DNA from: Mobula hypostoma
Lineage: Eukaryota
Length of the DNA stretch: 64,000 nt
Direction: 5' to 3'
NCBI RefSeq assembly: GCF_963921235.1
Contig: NC_086097.1
Location: forward strand, 224,938,001-225,002,000
Shown here: positions 50,177-62,140 of the stretch, in pieces
Numbering within the stretch: the stretch's first letter is position 1
Layout of the letters: each line of letters begins with the position of its first letter
Notes under the pieces: generated by a model
The model's input: only the letters and a program-made list of their open reading frames with translations
What the model was told of the DNA's origin: nothing
The model's database searches: none
Program-made: the position numbers and the translations under genes

Positions 50177-53017
50177 TGTAGTGCAGTGTGCTGAAACTCT
50201 GACTAAACACCAAGTTAAACCGGAGCCAATGAAGACAGAGTCGTAGTAAGGTTAACCATTTACTGTTCACTCTTTCACATTAACATCGTATGGTGAAAAC
50301 TGTTGATTAAAAAAAATACAAACATATACAGCGTCTGTTTCATTCTGGAGACCAAGCGCGCTCTCTTCTTTTAGCGAGTGCCTCCAGCTGCCCCGAGTAG
50401 CGGGCGAGGGAGTTGCGTCAAACTGCCGCTGGGCCCGAGCCCACCCCGCATTTGAAATTGAAAAGCCGACATGCGCGCCATCCGAACTGCCGCTTCCTTA
50501 ACAGAAACCGTGTTAATATTTTTACTTCAAGTACTTTCATAGGAATTTACGGTGTTGCTTCTATAATGTTCCTTTGTGGGTAGACACCGAGCTGATAATG
50601 ATCATGCTGAAGCCTTCTGCCTTCCTGCTATATGTTTCTGCGATGCCAGAGCAAGTTCTGAGGTAGTATGGAAATGGATTACCCTTTACGCTGAACAACT
50701 CGAAGAACTCTGGTCTCACTAGTGAGTGGTTGCTCTGGTCATCCAGAATTACATAGGCCTTGATGGCCTTGTCATTGGCTCCCTTAGGGTCTACCTTAGT
50801 GAGGCAGATCTTTGAGCACGAACGGCTCGACTGACCTGGACTGCAAACTTCCGTGCAGCTCAAGCAGACAATAGTTGTATCAGAGTGATGCTCTCCCTCC
50901 CCGTCATACTCTTGTGGGAGTGGAGGAGCCTTGGCAGATTGCGGTGACGGGCTGGGATGCATGGCTCCATCGTGATTAGTGCTGTTACATTCCGAGCACT
51001 TTACGGGGAACGTACACTCTTTAGCGAGGTGGGAGGTAGAGGAACAGCACTTAAAACATATTCTTTTTTCCTTGAGAAGGGCTTTTCTTTCATCAAAGGG
51101 TTTGTTTCAAAACATTCTGCATTTTTTGAGGGGATGGGGTTTGTTGTGCAATGGACAATTCATGCAAGGGTCATCGTTGATCGCGGAGACTTCGGTTTTA
51201 TGCACGGAGACAGGTTTATTAATGACAAAGTTGTTCGAAATGGGTTTGACTGTGTTGGTGTGAGTTGTGCTGCCTTGATTCATGAAGCTAGGGTCGTTTC
51301 GCCTCTTTGTCGCCTTGCACACAAACCTACTAAAATACTCAAAGGGAGGGAATCGACCACCATTCTCTTCCTTGTACTCTGAGCCAATAGACACCCATCT
51401 TTCCTGCAGCCCAAATGGAAGGCTTGTCCACAATTGGTCCAACTCCGCGTGATGTATCCAGATACGATAGGCCAGTTAAATAGCCGTCTTCTTTAGCACC
51501 TTGAATCTCCATGAATAAATCTTCCAGTTCTCGTAATTTAGTGTGGTCCGTGGCTGACACCCTTGGAAAATTGTCCAGCAGTTGAAATAGCGCCCTGTCA
51601 ATATTTTCAGGGACTGCATAGCAGTCCCGAAGTCTCTCCCATGCTTTGTGTAAGGCTAGCTTGGTGTTGTTGACATACACTGAGTGTATGTGTTTCACCT
51701 GTTCACTTGATTCCTTTCCCAGCCATTTAGTCATAAGCCCCAACTCTTGGGTTGCAGTGAGCTGGACTCCACTGGTGGCACCAGTGAATGAGGAGTACAA
51801 CACACGGTAATTTTCAGGCTTACCATCAAACTGGTACAGTCCTGAATTGACTAGGTCTCATCGCGCTAAATACTGTGCCAAGGGTTCTGCTGCAGGTGGC
51901 GTGCTAGCTGAGGGAATATGTAGGGGAACATATGACTGAGTGTGTACATTCATGATGTGATTTGATGTTCTGACTTCAGCCTTTGTCTCTGATCTCGCCA
52001 GATCTGGTAAGTTTGGTGTCGGGAAGTATTCGTAGTCAGCCTCATACTTGAGTTTGTGGCAAGGTTGCAATTGTGAGTTGTCGTCCCCAGGTGGACGCAA
52101 TGCAACAAAGCTTCCCTGTGATTTCACAGATGGGATGGGTTGCCAACAGGCAAGTATGGAGAGGGAGAATGAATCTGCAGGTCAATTTGAGATTGGACAT
52201 ATTCACCTTGGCAGCTTTTGCTTTAGCTCTTGCGAGGGCAGCCGCACTTGTCGACGTCCTACTGCTCTTGGCGCTGGATGCAGGCGACTTGATGCTTGAT
52301 CGCGAAGCCATCGTACCACTTGTCGAAACAGCTAATGATTTTGCCTTTTCACTGTAGTGTTCTCGTGCAGTGTGTTGAAACTCTGACTAAACACCAAGTT
52401 AAACCTGAGCCAATGAAGACAGAGTCATTGTAAGGTTAACCATTTACTGTTCACTCTTCCACATTAACATCGTATGGTGAAAACTGTTGATAAAAAAATA
52501 CAAACATATACAGCGTCTGTTTCATTCTGGAGACCACACGCGCTCTCTTCTTTTAGCGAGAGTCTCCAGCCGCCCCGAGTAGCGGGTGGGGGGGGGGTCG
52601 CATCAAACCGCCGCCGGGCCCAAGCCCACCCCGCGTTTGAAATTGAAAAGCCGACACGCGCGCCACCTGAACCGCCGCTTTCTTAACAGAAACCGCGTTA
52701 ATGTTTTTACTTCAAATACTTTCATAGGAACTTACGGTGTTGCTTCTATAATGTTTCTTTGTGGGTAGAAACGGAGCTCTTCACGATCATGCTGCTCGCA
52801 TGGCACCCACCTTTACACCTTCCCGAATCAGAGGTTACACATAAGATGCGGCGAAACCGGAGGTGACGTCATCACATGCCGCGATATACCATAGACAATG
52901 AATTTACCTTTGTTATACTGTAACTTAATTATCAACCTTTAACTAGAAAATAGTTACAAACAAATCATTTAAAATGTAGACCCAACAAAGTCAAACAAAT
53001 GCCTGAAGGGCAACACA
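50177..53017 (-). mobile_element. BEL/Pao LTR retrotransposon with pol deleted (5' LTR 52353-53017; partial 3' LTR 50177-50609)
   Basis: TG..CA termini; perfect 5-bp TSD AGAGG (50172-50176, 53018-53022); direct LTR repeats; gag with CPLHNKPHPLKKC and further Cys/His knuckles; protease YVILDDQSNHSL. Confidence 0.92.
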
Positions 53018-53705
53018 AGAGGTATTGTCAACATATTTTATATTTATAGTTCCAACATGCTTGCAATGAGATTTTGCAACACACCTGGCAGGAGTTGGAA
53101 ATGTGTTTCAACTTGGCATCCTGCTTGGGAATCAGGGAAATCAGAGGGCTCACCTGAACCAACTTGTGTCTCTTAACTGGTCAAAGTGAAGAACTGCAAA
53201 TGGATGGAAAGAATCTTCAATATTAGAATACTTAATCCAATGTCGAATCATGTATGGAAAGTGATGTAGCAAGAGGCAAAGAAAGATGGGATTAGGAAAT
53301 AGAGATCAATGAGTTAGCAAGGAAAAGTAAATAACATAAAAAAAAACTCTGAGGTAAAGTAAACTTTCAATGTCAGAGAGTTTGTTTGATTGTAATTAAG
53401 GTTTGTGAAACTATTATGATGAATGAAATGGATTACTTTTATTGGCCTATTGTGGGTAGGTATTGCAACTTCATACTCTTCATATACTTGAATTCCAAGT
53501 CTCTCAACAAAGCTGTTACAGATCAACTCAGACAGCAAATTCCTGATTTCCACTTTTGCCATCACACACATAGCAGCCAGGACCTACTGTCTGATTTACT
53601 TATTAATTGTGGGTAAATTGTGAAATGGATGACTATCGTACAAAATCTACCACATAGTGTATTCCTTGAAATATGGTTACATATGGATTTTCCAGTATCA
53701 TGAAT

Positions 53706-56700
53706 CATAGTCATAGAAAAGTACAACACAGAAACAGGCCCTTCAGCCCATCTAGTCTGTGGCAAACCATTTAAACTGCCTTCTCCCATCGACCTGCACC
53801 AGAACCTTAGCCCTCCATACCCTTACCATCCATATACCTACCCAAACTTCTCTTAAACATTGCAATTAATCTTGCATGCCTCACTTGCGTTGGCAGCTCC
53901 TTCCACACTCTCCTGTCCATCTGAAGAAGTTTCCCCTCATGATCCCCTTAAACTTTTCACCTTTCACCCGTAACCTATGAGCTCTAGTTATAGTCCTACC
54001 AACCTCAGTGGGAGGAGCCTGTTTGCATTTGCCCTACCTATATCCCTCATAATTTTATATCCCTCTATCAAATCTCCTCTCAGTCTTCTATGTTCCAAGG
54101 AATAAAGTGCTAACCTATTCAATCTTTTCTTATAACTCAGGTCCTCCAGTCCCATCAATGTCCCTGTAAATTTTCTCTGCACTCTTTCACTCTTACTTAC
54201 ATCTTTCCTGTAGGTAGGTGACCAAAACTGCACACAATACTCACCAATACCTTATACAACTTCAACAAAATATCCCATCTCCTATAGTCATTAGTTTGAT
54301 TTATGAAAGCCAACGTGTCAAAAGCTTTCTTAATGACCTCACAGTTGTTGCACTAAAGTCCACCTGCCATTTTTCCAGCTGGTCCAAATCCCGCTCAAGG
54401 GATGATAGTCTTCCTCGCTGTCCACTGCACCCGTAATCTTGGTGTCATCCGCAAATTCACTGATCAATTAACCATATTATCATCCAGGTTAATATAGATG
54501 ACAAACGACAAATGGAGCCAGCACTGATCCCTCTTGCACTTCACTAGTTACATGCTTCCAGTCAGAGAAGCAACCATCTACTTTCACTCTGTGGCCTCTT
54601 CCACAGAGCCAATGCCTAATCCAATTGACTACCTCATATAGAATACTGAATGACTGAAACTTCTTGACCAACCTCCCATGCGTAACCTTGTTAAATGCCT
54701 TATTGAAGTCCATAGGCAACATCCACTGCCTTGTCTTCATCAACTTTCCTAGTAACTTCCTTGAAAAACTCCATAAGATTGGTTAGATATGATTTACTAC
54801 GCACAAAGCCATGCTGACTATCCTTAATCAGTCCATGTCTAACCAAATATCCAGTCCCTCAGAATAACTTCCAATAACCTTACCACTGCTGTCAGGCTCG
54901 CTAGCCTATAGTTTACTGATTTATTTTTAGAGCCTTTCTTAAAAGCAGAACAACATTGGCTATCCAGTTCTCTGGAGCCTCATCTGTCACTAAGGATGAT
55001 TTAAATATCTCTGCTAGGGTCGTGGCAATTTCTGCGCTTGCCTCCTGCGGAGTCCGAGGGTACACCTTGTCAGGCCCTGGGGATTTCAAAGGTTCAAAGG
55101 TCTAATTTAATATCAGAGAAATGTATACAATATACATCCTGAAATGCTTTTTCTTTGCAAACGGAGGAGTGCCCCAAAGAATGAATGACAGTTGAATGTA
55201 AGAAGCCCAAAGTCCCCCCCAGCTCCCCTCCCTCCTGTGCGTAGGTGGCAGCAAGCAACGATCCCCCGTCCCCCACCAGCAAAAAAAAAACATCAGCACC
55301 CACCACCGAGCACTCAAGCGTGAGCAAGGCAATAGTAAAGATACAGACTTGCAGTTACCCCAAAGACTTCACATTTCACCTGGCTCTCTCGACACAGCAC
55401 AGGCTCGCGCTCTCTCGCTCTCTCTCTCCCTAATAAGGGAGAAGGAGGTGTCTCCATTTTCCCAGCAAGCAGGATGATATAACAAACAACTCGCTGGTTT
55501 ACGATGTTAAAAGTCCATTACATCACTTTTTCCGAGCTCTGTTTCCAAAGATCTCAAAGATCCTGAGTCTTTGGGCACATAGCAGTACAAGCATAGATTT
55601 TCCGACTTCCCTGATGACCCATGGGTCTCCTGCTGTGACACTGACCCTCGATCCGCCCGTCACCAGAGCCCTGAGATCTTAGGCTTCCAAATCTGAGCCA
55701 GACTCTCAGGCCGAACCCTTGGCATGCCTAACAATGGCCAGTCCTGAAACCCCGAGAACTGGTCCCATTCCTGCAAAGAACTGAAGTTAGCGTGTAACTC
55801 CAGGTCAGGGTCTTCAAAAGAACCCTGAAAGGGAAAAATAAAGATAATAAAGATGGAAATAGAGCTGTTTCCAAAGATGCAAGTAAAGGAGTCGCCGCCT
55901 AGTGCCATCTTAACTTCCACCCTATTTATCCACTCTATCCTTCCTAATTTGCCTCAAGACAGCAAACACCTCCTCCTATGTAATCTGTATCAGGTCCATG
56001 AAGTTGATGTCACTTTGCTTCACTTCTATAGACTCTGTGTCCATATCCTGAGCAAATACGGATACAAAAAAAAGAATAATTTTAGATCTCCCCCATCTCT
56101 TTTGGCGCTACCCATGGATTACCATTTTGATCTTCCAGAAAATCAATTTTGTCTCTTGCAATCCTTTTGCTCTTAACGTATCTGTAGAATCCCTAAGGAT
56201 TCTCCTTTATCTTGTGTACTAGATCAACTTCATGCCTTCTTTTAGCCCTCCTGATTTCTTTCTTAAGTGTCTTCTTGTATTTCATAAGCACCTCATTTTT
56301 TCTTACCTGCCCCATACCTGCAGTCCACCTTTTTTTCTTAACCAGGGCCTCAATGTTTCTTGAAAATCAAGGTTCACTACACCTGTTATCATTGCCTTTT
56401 ATTCTGACAGGCATATACAAGCTTGGTACTCTTAAAATATCACTTTTGAAGGCCTCCCACTTACTAAGTACACCATTAGCAGAAAACAGCTTGTCCCAAT
56501 CCACAATTGCCAGATCCTTTTTGATACTATCAAAATTGCTTTCGCCAATTTACTATCTCAGCCCACAGTCCAAAGCTTTCTTTTTGCGTATTTACTCTGA
56601 AACTAATGGCATGGTGCTCACTTGATGCGAAGTGTTCCCCTACACAAATATCTGTCAACTGTCCTGTCTCATTCATAATAGCAGATCAAGTATTGCACAC

Positions 56701-56720
56701 TCTCTCATTGTGACTTCTAT
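53706..56720 (-). mobile_element. Old CR1 LINE, interrupted at 55087-55918
   Basis: QFWSPTYRKD..LYSLEHRRLRGDLIE, MDFNKAFNKVTHGRL; endonuclease-proximal remnants to ~56720. Confidence 0.88.
55087..55918 (-). mobile_element. Non-coding retroelement family B
   Basis: Minus-strand head GGAAGTTAAGATGGC; 3' hairpin ATGTATA-TTG-TATACAT, ATTAAA and a (CCTTTGAA)n tail; splits CR1 GGGGATTT|ATCCAC with ATTT duplicated. Confidence 0.7.
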
Positions 56721-58329
56721 ATTGATTAAGGATATCTGATCAAACGAGAAGGTACATCAATGCCTACATAATGTACACCAATGCACGGTAGAGAAAGCAT
56801 TTGAAATGTGTATGCGCCAATCATGATGCTAATCCAAATTAATCACATCTGCTGCACATGTTTGATATCCCTCCATTCCCTCCCTTTCCAAGTGGCCTCT
56901 TAATCTGACTCCGGAAAAGATCGATAATTGGTTGCTTTGCCCATTGAGTTGCTGCTGAGGCTACTGAGAACTGGAAGCCTTTTTGCTGGAGGCCTTCATG
57001 GATTAGGTAGCATATTTCAGCTAGATTCTTTTCTATTCCCATGATTCCCTCAGTGCAGCTGCTTATTCGGGGTTTAGTGACTCACTTTATTACCTATAGT
57101 GTTTATTCTGTGAGTTGTCTGTCTTCTCTGGCCTTTAACCTCCTGGGCTGTGTTCTCTTCTTGTAACTGTTTTACCGCCAATGGCCTTTGTACTTGTTCC
57201 AGAATACTCCTTTAACCTGGTTAAATATAGGTGTGACCATCAGTTCAATACTCTTTCTGCCTTTATAGTGATAGTCACCATCTTCTTTAAACTGTGTTTT
57301 TCCTGGCTGACATTTAATAATCTATTGTCATATGTTCCCCTCTTTACCCCAAATGTGTTTCAAAGAGAAACAATTCTCACAGTGAAGACAAATAGACTAT
57401 ATGGCCCACATTTATCCACATTGGCATTGCAGCACAGAAAGTATAATCTAAAAAATGACACAACTGATTTTTATTCAAGTAGTAAGTTTGATTCAAGAAG
57501 ATATGAAGATTATATCTGAGCATGACAGAGTGGGGTACTCTTTTAGGAATTTATTTTTTTATGAATGTAACCTTGTAGATAAGACAAGATTTTTTTTTAT
57601 CAGAATAACAGTTGCTTTTAAAATTATTGGATGAGGCAGAACACAGAATGTTGAACAAATGTAGGTTTAATCGTTGAAGAGATAAGATATATGAAACTTT
57701 CCTGGTTCTATTTCATGGTGTAATGCAAAATCTGATAAGACATGTTAGATTGTGCCTGTTATCAATGTTTTCTGAAGAAAGCATTTTTCACTATCTTCAA
57801 TACAAGCTGTACAAAGTACTTTATAGTTCTTCATTTGGAGTTATGTTTACCTTCCAAGTTCAGCAGACTGAGCAATATTGTGATACCCAGCATTCAATAA
57901 AAAAATGAACTTGTAGTTTCTGGCATTATTATTTTACCTTTAAATTCTATTTTAATAATAGTCTATTAATGTAGAAGTGAGTGTAGCTTTTGAGTGAACC
58001 CCAGCTAGCAAGAATTGACAGTCATAATTGTTTTGTTCCTGATTGTGGACAATCTATGTCAATATGCTTTATGTTGGTAAGATGCAAAGAAAACAACATG
58101 CAGTTTAAATTTTATGAAGTTAAAATTGAGATGGTGCCATTACCACAAAATAAACATCATGTGCTTTATAACAATAATTTAGTAATCAAAGTATCCCTGC
58201 TTTAGAACACCTTGAGTTTCTTCAAGTTCATTGTATTGTAGAAAAATATTTCAGTATTTTCTTTTACCTTTCTTTCTCTTTTTAACTCTCTATGTCCTGG
58301 TAGGCTGCAAGTAAACCCATCCATTAGAT

Positions 58330-58897
58330 TGATGTTTACCAAACAGCTAAAAAGATACGATAAGAGAAGATGGTATACACCACTTTAACTTTACAGAGAG
58401 AATATTTGTCTGCCTCATTTTGTTTCCTAATTTAAGTGTCAATATTTGTGCTATGTCCTTGCAAAGTTCAGTAGGTCAAGCAGCTAGTAGGTCCTGTGCA
58501 CTTGAACCTTATAAATATTTTCACTTTGGCCATATTTTGCATTTAAATATAACAAATATTATAAATTAAAATCCTCTTTTGAAGTGTCTAATGTAATTAG
58601 AAAGTCAGTAGCTATTGCTGACTTTCAATATCGAATGATAGTCACTAAAAAAAAGTTCCATAAACATCATAACCTCATTTAGATAGACTTGGTCAAGAAG
58701 CCGCTATTAGCATAACTGTGCAGAATGAGTGCGTAAATTCAAGGACTCCTCCCATTCCATTGCATAAAAGTTATACAAGCAGATCACGTAGTTTGTTGTA
58801 GACAGCATTTCAAAATTGTGAATATGCATCAGACAATCTAGTGGATGATCCTGTTGGATAGTGGGACTGCTAAGAGAGAGCTCTATGTACAATCATA
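58330..58897 (+). promoter_or_regulatory. Putative HNF4G proximal promoter and 5' UTR
   Basis: TE-free region upstream of coding exon 1; TGTTTAC (58333, FOX), GATAAG (58359), CAAAGTTCA (58462), AGTTCAgtAGGTCA (58465-58478) and CATAAA motifs. TSS not determinable. Confidence 0.55.
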
Positions 58898-59012
58898 ATG
58901 AAGCTGTCTGGATCGTTTTTGGATATGGACATGGCAAATTATAGTGAGGCTTTGGATTCATCTTATGCTACTTTGGAGTTTGAAAATATGCAGTTGCTGT
59001 ACAGTGCCCAAG
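58898..59012 (+). CDS. HNF4G: Hepatocyte nuclear factor 4 gamma, first coding exon (AF-1 region)
   Basis: MKLSGSFLDMDMANYSEALDSSYATLEFENMQLLYSAQ plus a phase-1 G; donor AG|GTAAGT; in-frame stop upstream at 58871; matches the HNF4 N-terminus (DMDMANYSE as in HNF4G). Too short for the ORF track. Confidence 0.92.
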
Positions 59013-60546
59013 GTAAGTTATAGGAGTTGATTGATGCTACGTTACTTGGGTATGAAGATCAACAGACTGATGTAAAGTTTTTTTAAAAAAAGGAAGCAAG
59101 TTATATAAAGGATTGAAAAATTAAAGAAACTTTATGACTAGCAAGTAATGGTAGCTATGTTTCACTTTTAATGAATGAGCACATTTAGTAATGTTGTGAC
59201 TCTAGGTGCATTTTTAAATAATATGCCACTAATTTTCAGAAAGTCGATTAGAGTCAGAAGATTAAAGCCTGTTCCATTTATCTGTCTATTCATTTTAGTC
59301 TTTCAACAGCAGCAGAAAAAAAACAGGTTAATACATATTTCTGAGTCAAAACTTGATTCATTTTCTGAAGTCATTAACTGTCGTTAGAGCAGACCCATTT
59401 TACATTCTTTGTAAGATGAAACAGTATATTTTTTCCACAGCTTAAGCCTTCCTTTTGGACTTGATGAAAAGTGAAAGGTAATAGAGCCCAGTGACCTAAT
59501 GTTAACTAATTAATAAACTCATCATTTTCTCTCTTCATTGATTATCTAACTGACATAAAATAGTAACTACTTTTTTTTACTGATTAAGTACAGGATTATC
59601 TTTGCCTGTGTATGTACATTAACATTGATTTCAGATCATTGGTGATATATAGGCTTGTGTAATGTAAGTGACAAATTGACTGGTGGTAATAGTAGCAAAT
59701 GCCAACTTAGTGCTTTTGCTTGAAATCTGTCAGTTAACCTAAAGTAATGCTTTGATATTTGAATGGAAGGGACTGAGTTGAAGTTAAGAATAATTAAATT
59801 CTGCAAACTTTTCCTAATTTCAAAGGAGAAATTCTATAAATTCTAGATTGTGATCCACATGATATTGTAGTCCTGCAACATTAGATGTTGTTCTATGCTT
59901 GATATTATATTGTTTAAGAGGAATTATTTGTTGGCAAATATACAGTACTTGTCATTTAAGAAATCATTTATGGTTACTTGTTAGAAGACAGCAGATAATT
60001 TTGTAACTGTGCCAATGCCAGTCTTAATCATTTCCATTTGAAAGCATGCTTGGAGTTCTACCTTTGCCCCTTTTGATTATCACAACTGAAAGGCAAAGCG
60101 CATGCCTCCTATTTAGCTTTGTATTAAATTACAAATTATATTTTATTATCTCTTTTGATTTCTCCATCCCTAAATCCCCATGCAATTTGCCTAAATTGAA
60201 TTACTGCAAAATGATACAATTTTATCTAAATACATTGATTTCTGAAAGAGGTTTGCTCTTGCACATTTTGATGTGTTTCATTACATATAGTTGCCTATGT
60301 GATCAAAGAATAACTGAGAGCAAAATTAATGTCCAAGGGAATCCTTTTGTTTCTGAGAATACAAAGAGGCTCATCAAAATAATAAAGGCATTTGATAACT
60401 CAGTTTGTACTGTAAAGTGGCAGCACACACTAATTGAAATGGGAAAAGAGGATGACGGGTGTCTGTTAGCAAGCTTTTTCATAGCTTTGTAAATATGCTG
60501 CTTGCTAAGTATAGCTGGATTGATCGTTTATTCCTTCTTTCCTCAG

Positions 60547-60718
60547 ATACTTCTCCATCAGCGACAAACACAATGAATACATCAGACAGTGGAATAAACT
60601 CTCTGTGTGCAATCTGTGGGGACCGAGCCACAGGCAAACACTATGGTGCCTCCAGTTGTGATGGATGCAAGGGTTTCTTCAGGCGAAGCATAAGGAAGAG
60701 CCATGTGTACTCGTGCAG
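60547..60718 (+). CDS. HNF4G: HNF4 gamma exon 2 (first C4 zinc finger of the DNA-binding domain); the gene continues beyond the window
   Basis: Acceptor TTCCTTCTTTCCTCAG; (D)[56 protein letters not shown](R); donor AG|GTATAG; phase matches exon 1. [13 protein letters not shown] is the HNF4G form (HNF4A has RRSVRKNHMYSCR). Confidence 0.95.
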
Positions 60719-61596
60719 GTATAGACCTCCAATCTCGTGCTAGTGCTGCATCGACACTGCCAATTGACCCGGAGTAATATACGGACAGATCTTCTGATTG
60801 AATCTTAGTTCTTAAATAAGCTTGACGAGTGCTGGGAAGGTAGGAATTATCAGGAGAGGAACCCATCTTCAGAGTGATTATTAATTTATGGACAGTGTTT
60901 TGCTCAGATTAGTTTTTACAGTGTGAAGATGTTGGGGTGGAAAGTTATTTTTGGACAGTGATACTACATTGCTATTAATGTATTAGTTGCCTGATGTACA
61001 ATACACTGTCTTGTCCTGCTACTGAGTCTACCCACTCCTGTCTGAAACAGAACCAGTATGTTTTCAGCCTTGTTGTAGCATCATTAAATGAGTTTTGAAT
61101 CACAAATTCATCTAATAATACTTCTGTAACATTGCAAACTTCCTCCCTGCTTCAGTACATCTTCTGATGAAACCTTTACTTGAACTTTGTTACACCTACA
61201 CTGGCCCACTCCAATTCTCCTACCTGCCCCTTGATGATCTACTTACAACTCTTGTCCCGATCCTAACTTTACCAAGTTCCATTCTTTCTTCACTTTATTG
61301 TATGTCTCATGATCTATGTTAACTTCATTTAAGAAATATCTTGATATAAAAATTCTGTATCTTGTTTTCAACCTATCCTTCTGAAGTCTGTGAATTCCTC
61401 CAGCCTTAAAACTCTTCAGGGAAATCAATACTTCTCATGTACTTGCCTCTTAATTATCGTTGAGTTTAATCAAACTGGCACTGGTAATCTGCCTTCAATT
61501 TCCAAAGTACTCATTTCAAGAATTACCCTTTTACTCACCCTTTTAGTCACTTTAACTCTCTTCACTCACTTGAAACCTATGTATTTGACCAAATAC

Positions 61597-62140
61597 ATGG
61601 GCAGTTTTGGTCTCCTTATTTAAGAAAGGATGTGCTGACTTTGGAGAGGGTACAGAGAAGATTCACTAGAATGATTCTGGGAATGAGAGGGTTAACATAT
61701 GAGGAACGTTTGTCTGCTCTTGGACTGTATCCCTTGGAGTTTAGAAGAATGAGGGGAGACCTCATAGAAACATTTCGAATGTTAAAGTGCATGGACAGAG
61801 TGGATGTGGCAAAGTTGTTTCCCATGATGGGCGAGTCTAGTACGAGAGGGCATGACTTAAGGATTGAAGGGCGCCCATTCAGAACAGAAATGCGAAGAAA
61901 TTTTTTTAGTCAGAGGGTGGTGAATCTATGGAATTTGTTGCCACGGGCAGCAGTGGAGGCCAAGTCATTGGGTGTATTTAAGGCAGAGATTGATAGGTAT
62001 CTGAGTAGCCAGGGCATCAAAGGTTATGGTGAGAAGGCGGGGGAGTGGGACTAAATAGGCGAATGGATCAGCTCATGATAAAATGGCGCAGCAGACTCGA
62101 TGGGCCGATTAGCCTACTTCTGCTTTGTCTTATGGTTTTA
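61597..62140 (+). mobile_element. Young CR1 3' fragment in HNF4G intron 2
   Basis: Near-identical to 42347-42900; ORF 61632-62054 runs to the natural C-terminus. Confidence 0.95.

Noticed and set aside
60459..60743. 94-aa ORF taken as a complete protein
   Set aside because: Only 60547-60718 is exonic; the flanks are intron read-through past clear splice sites.
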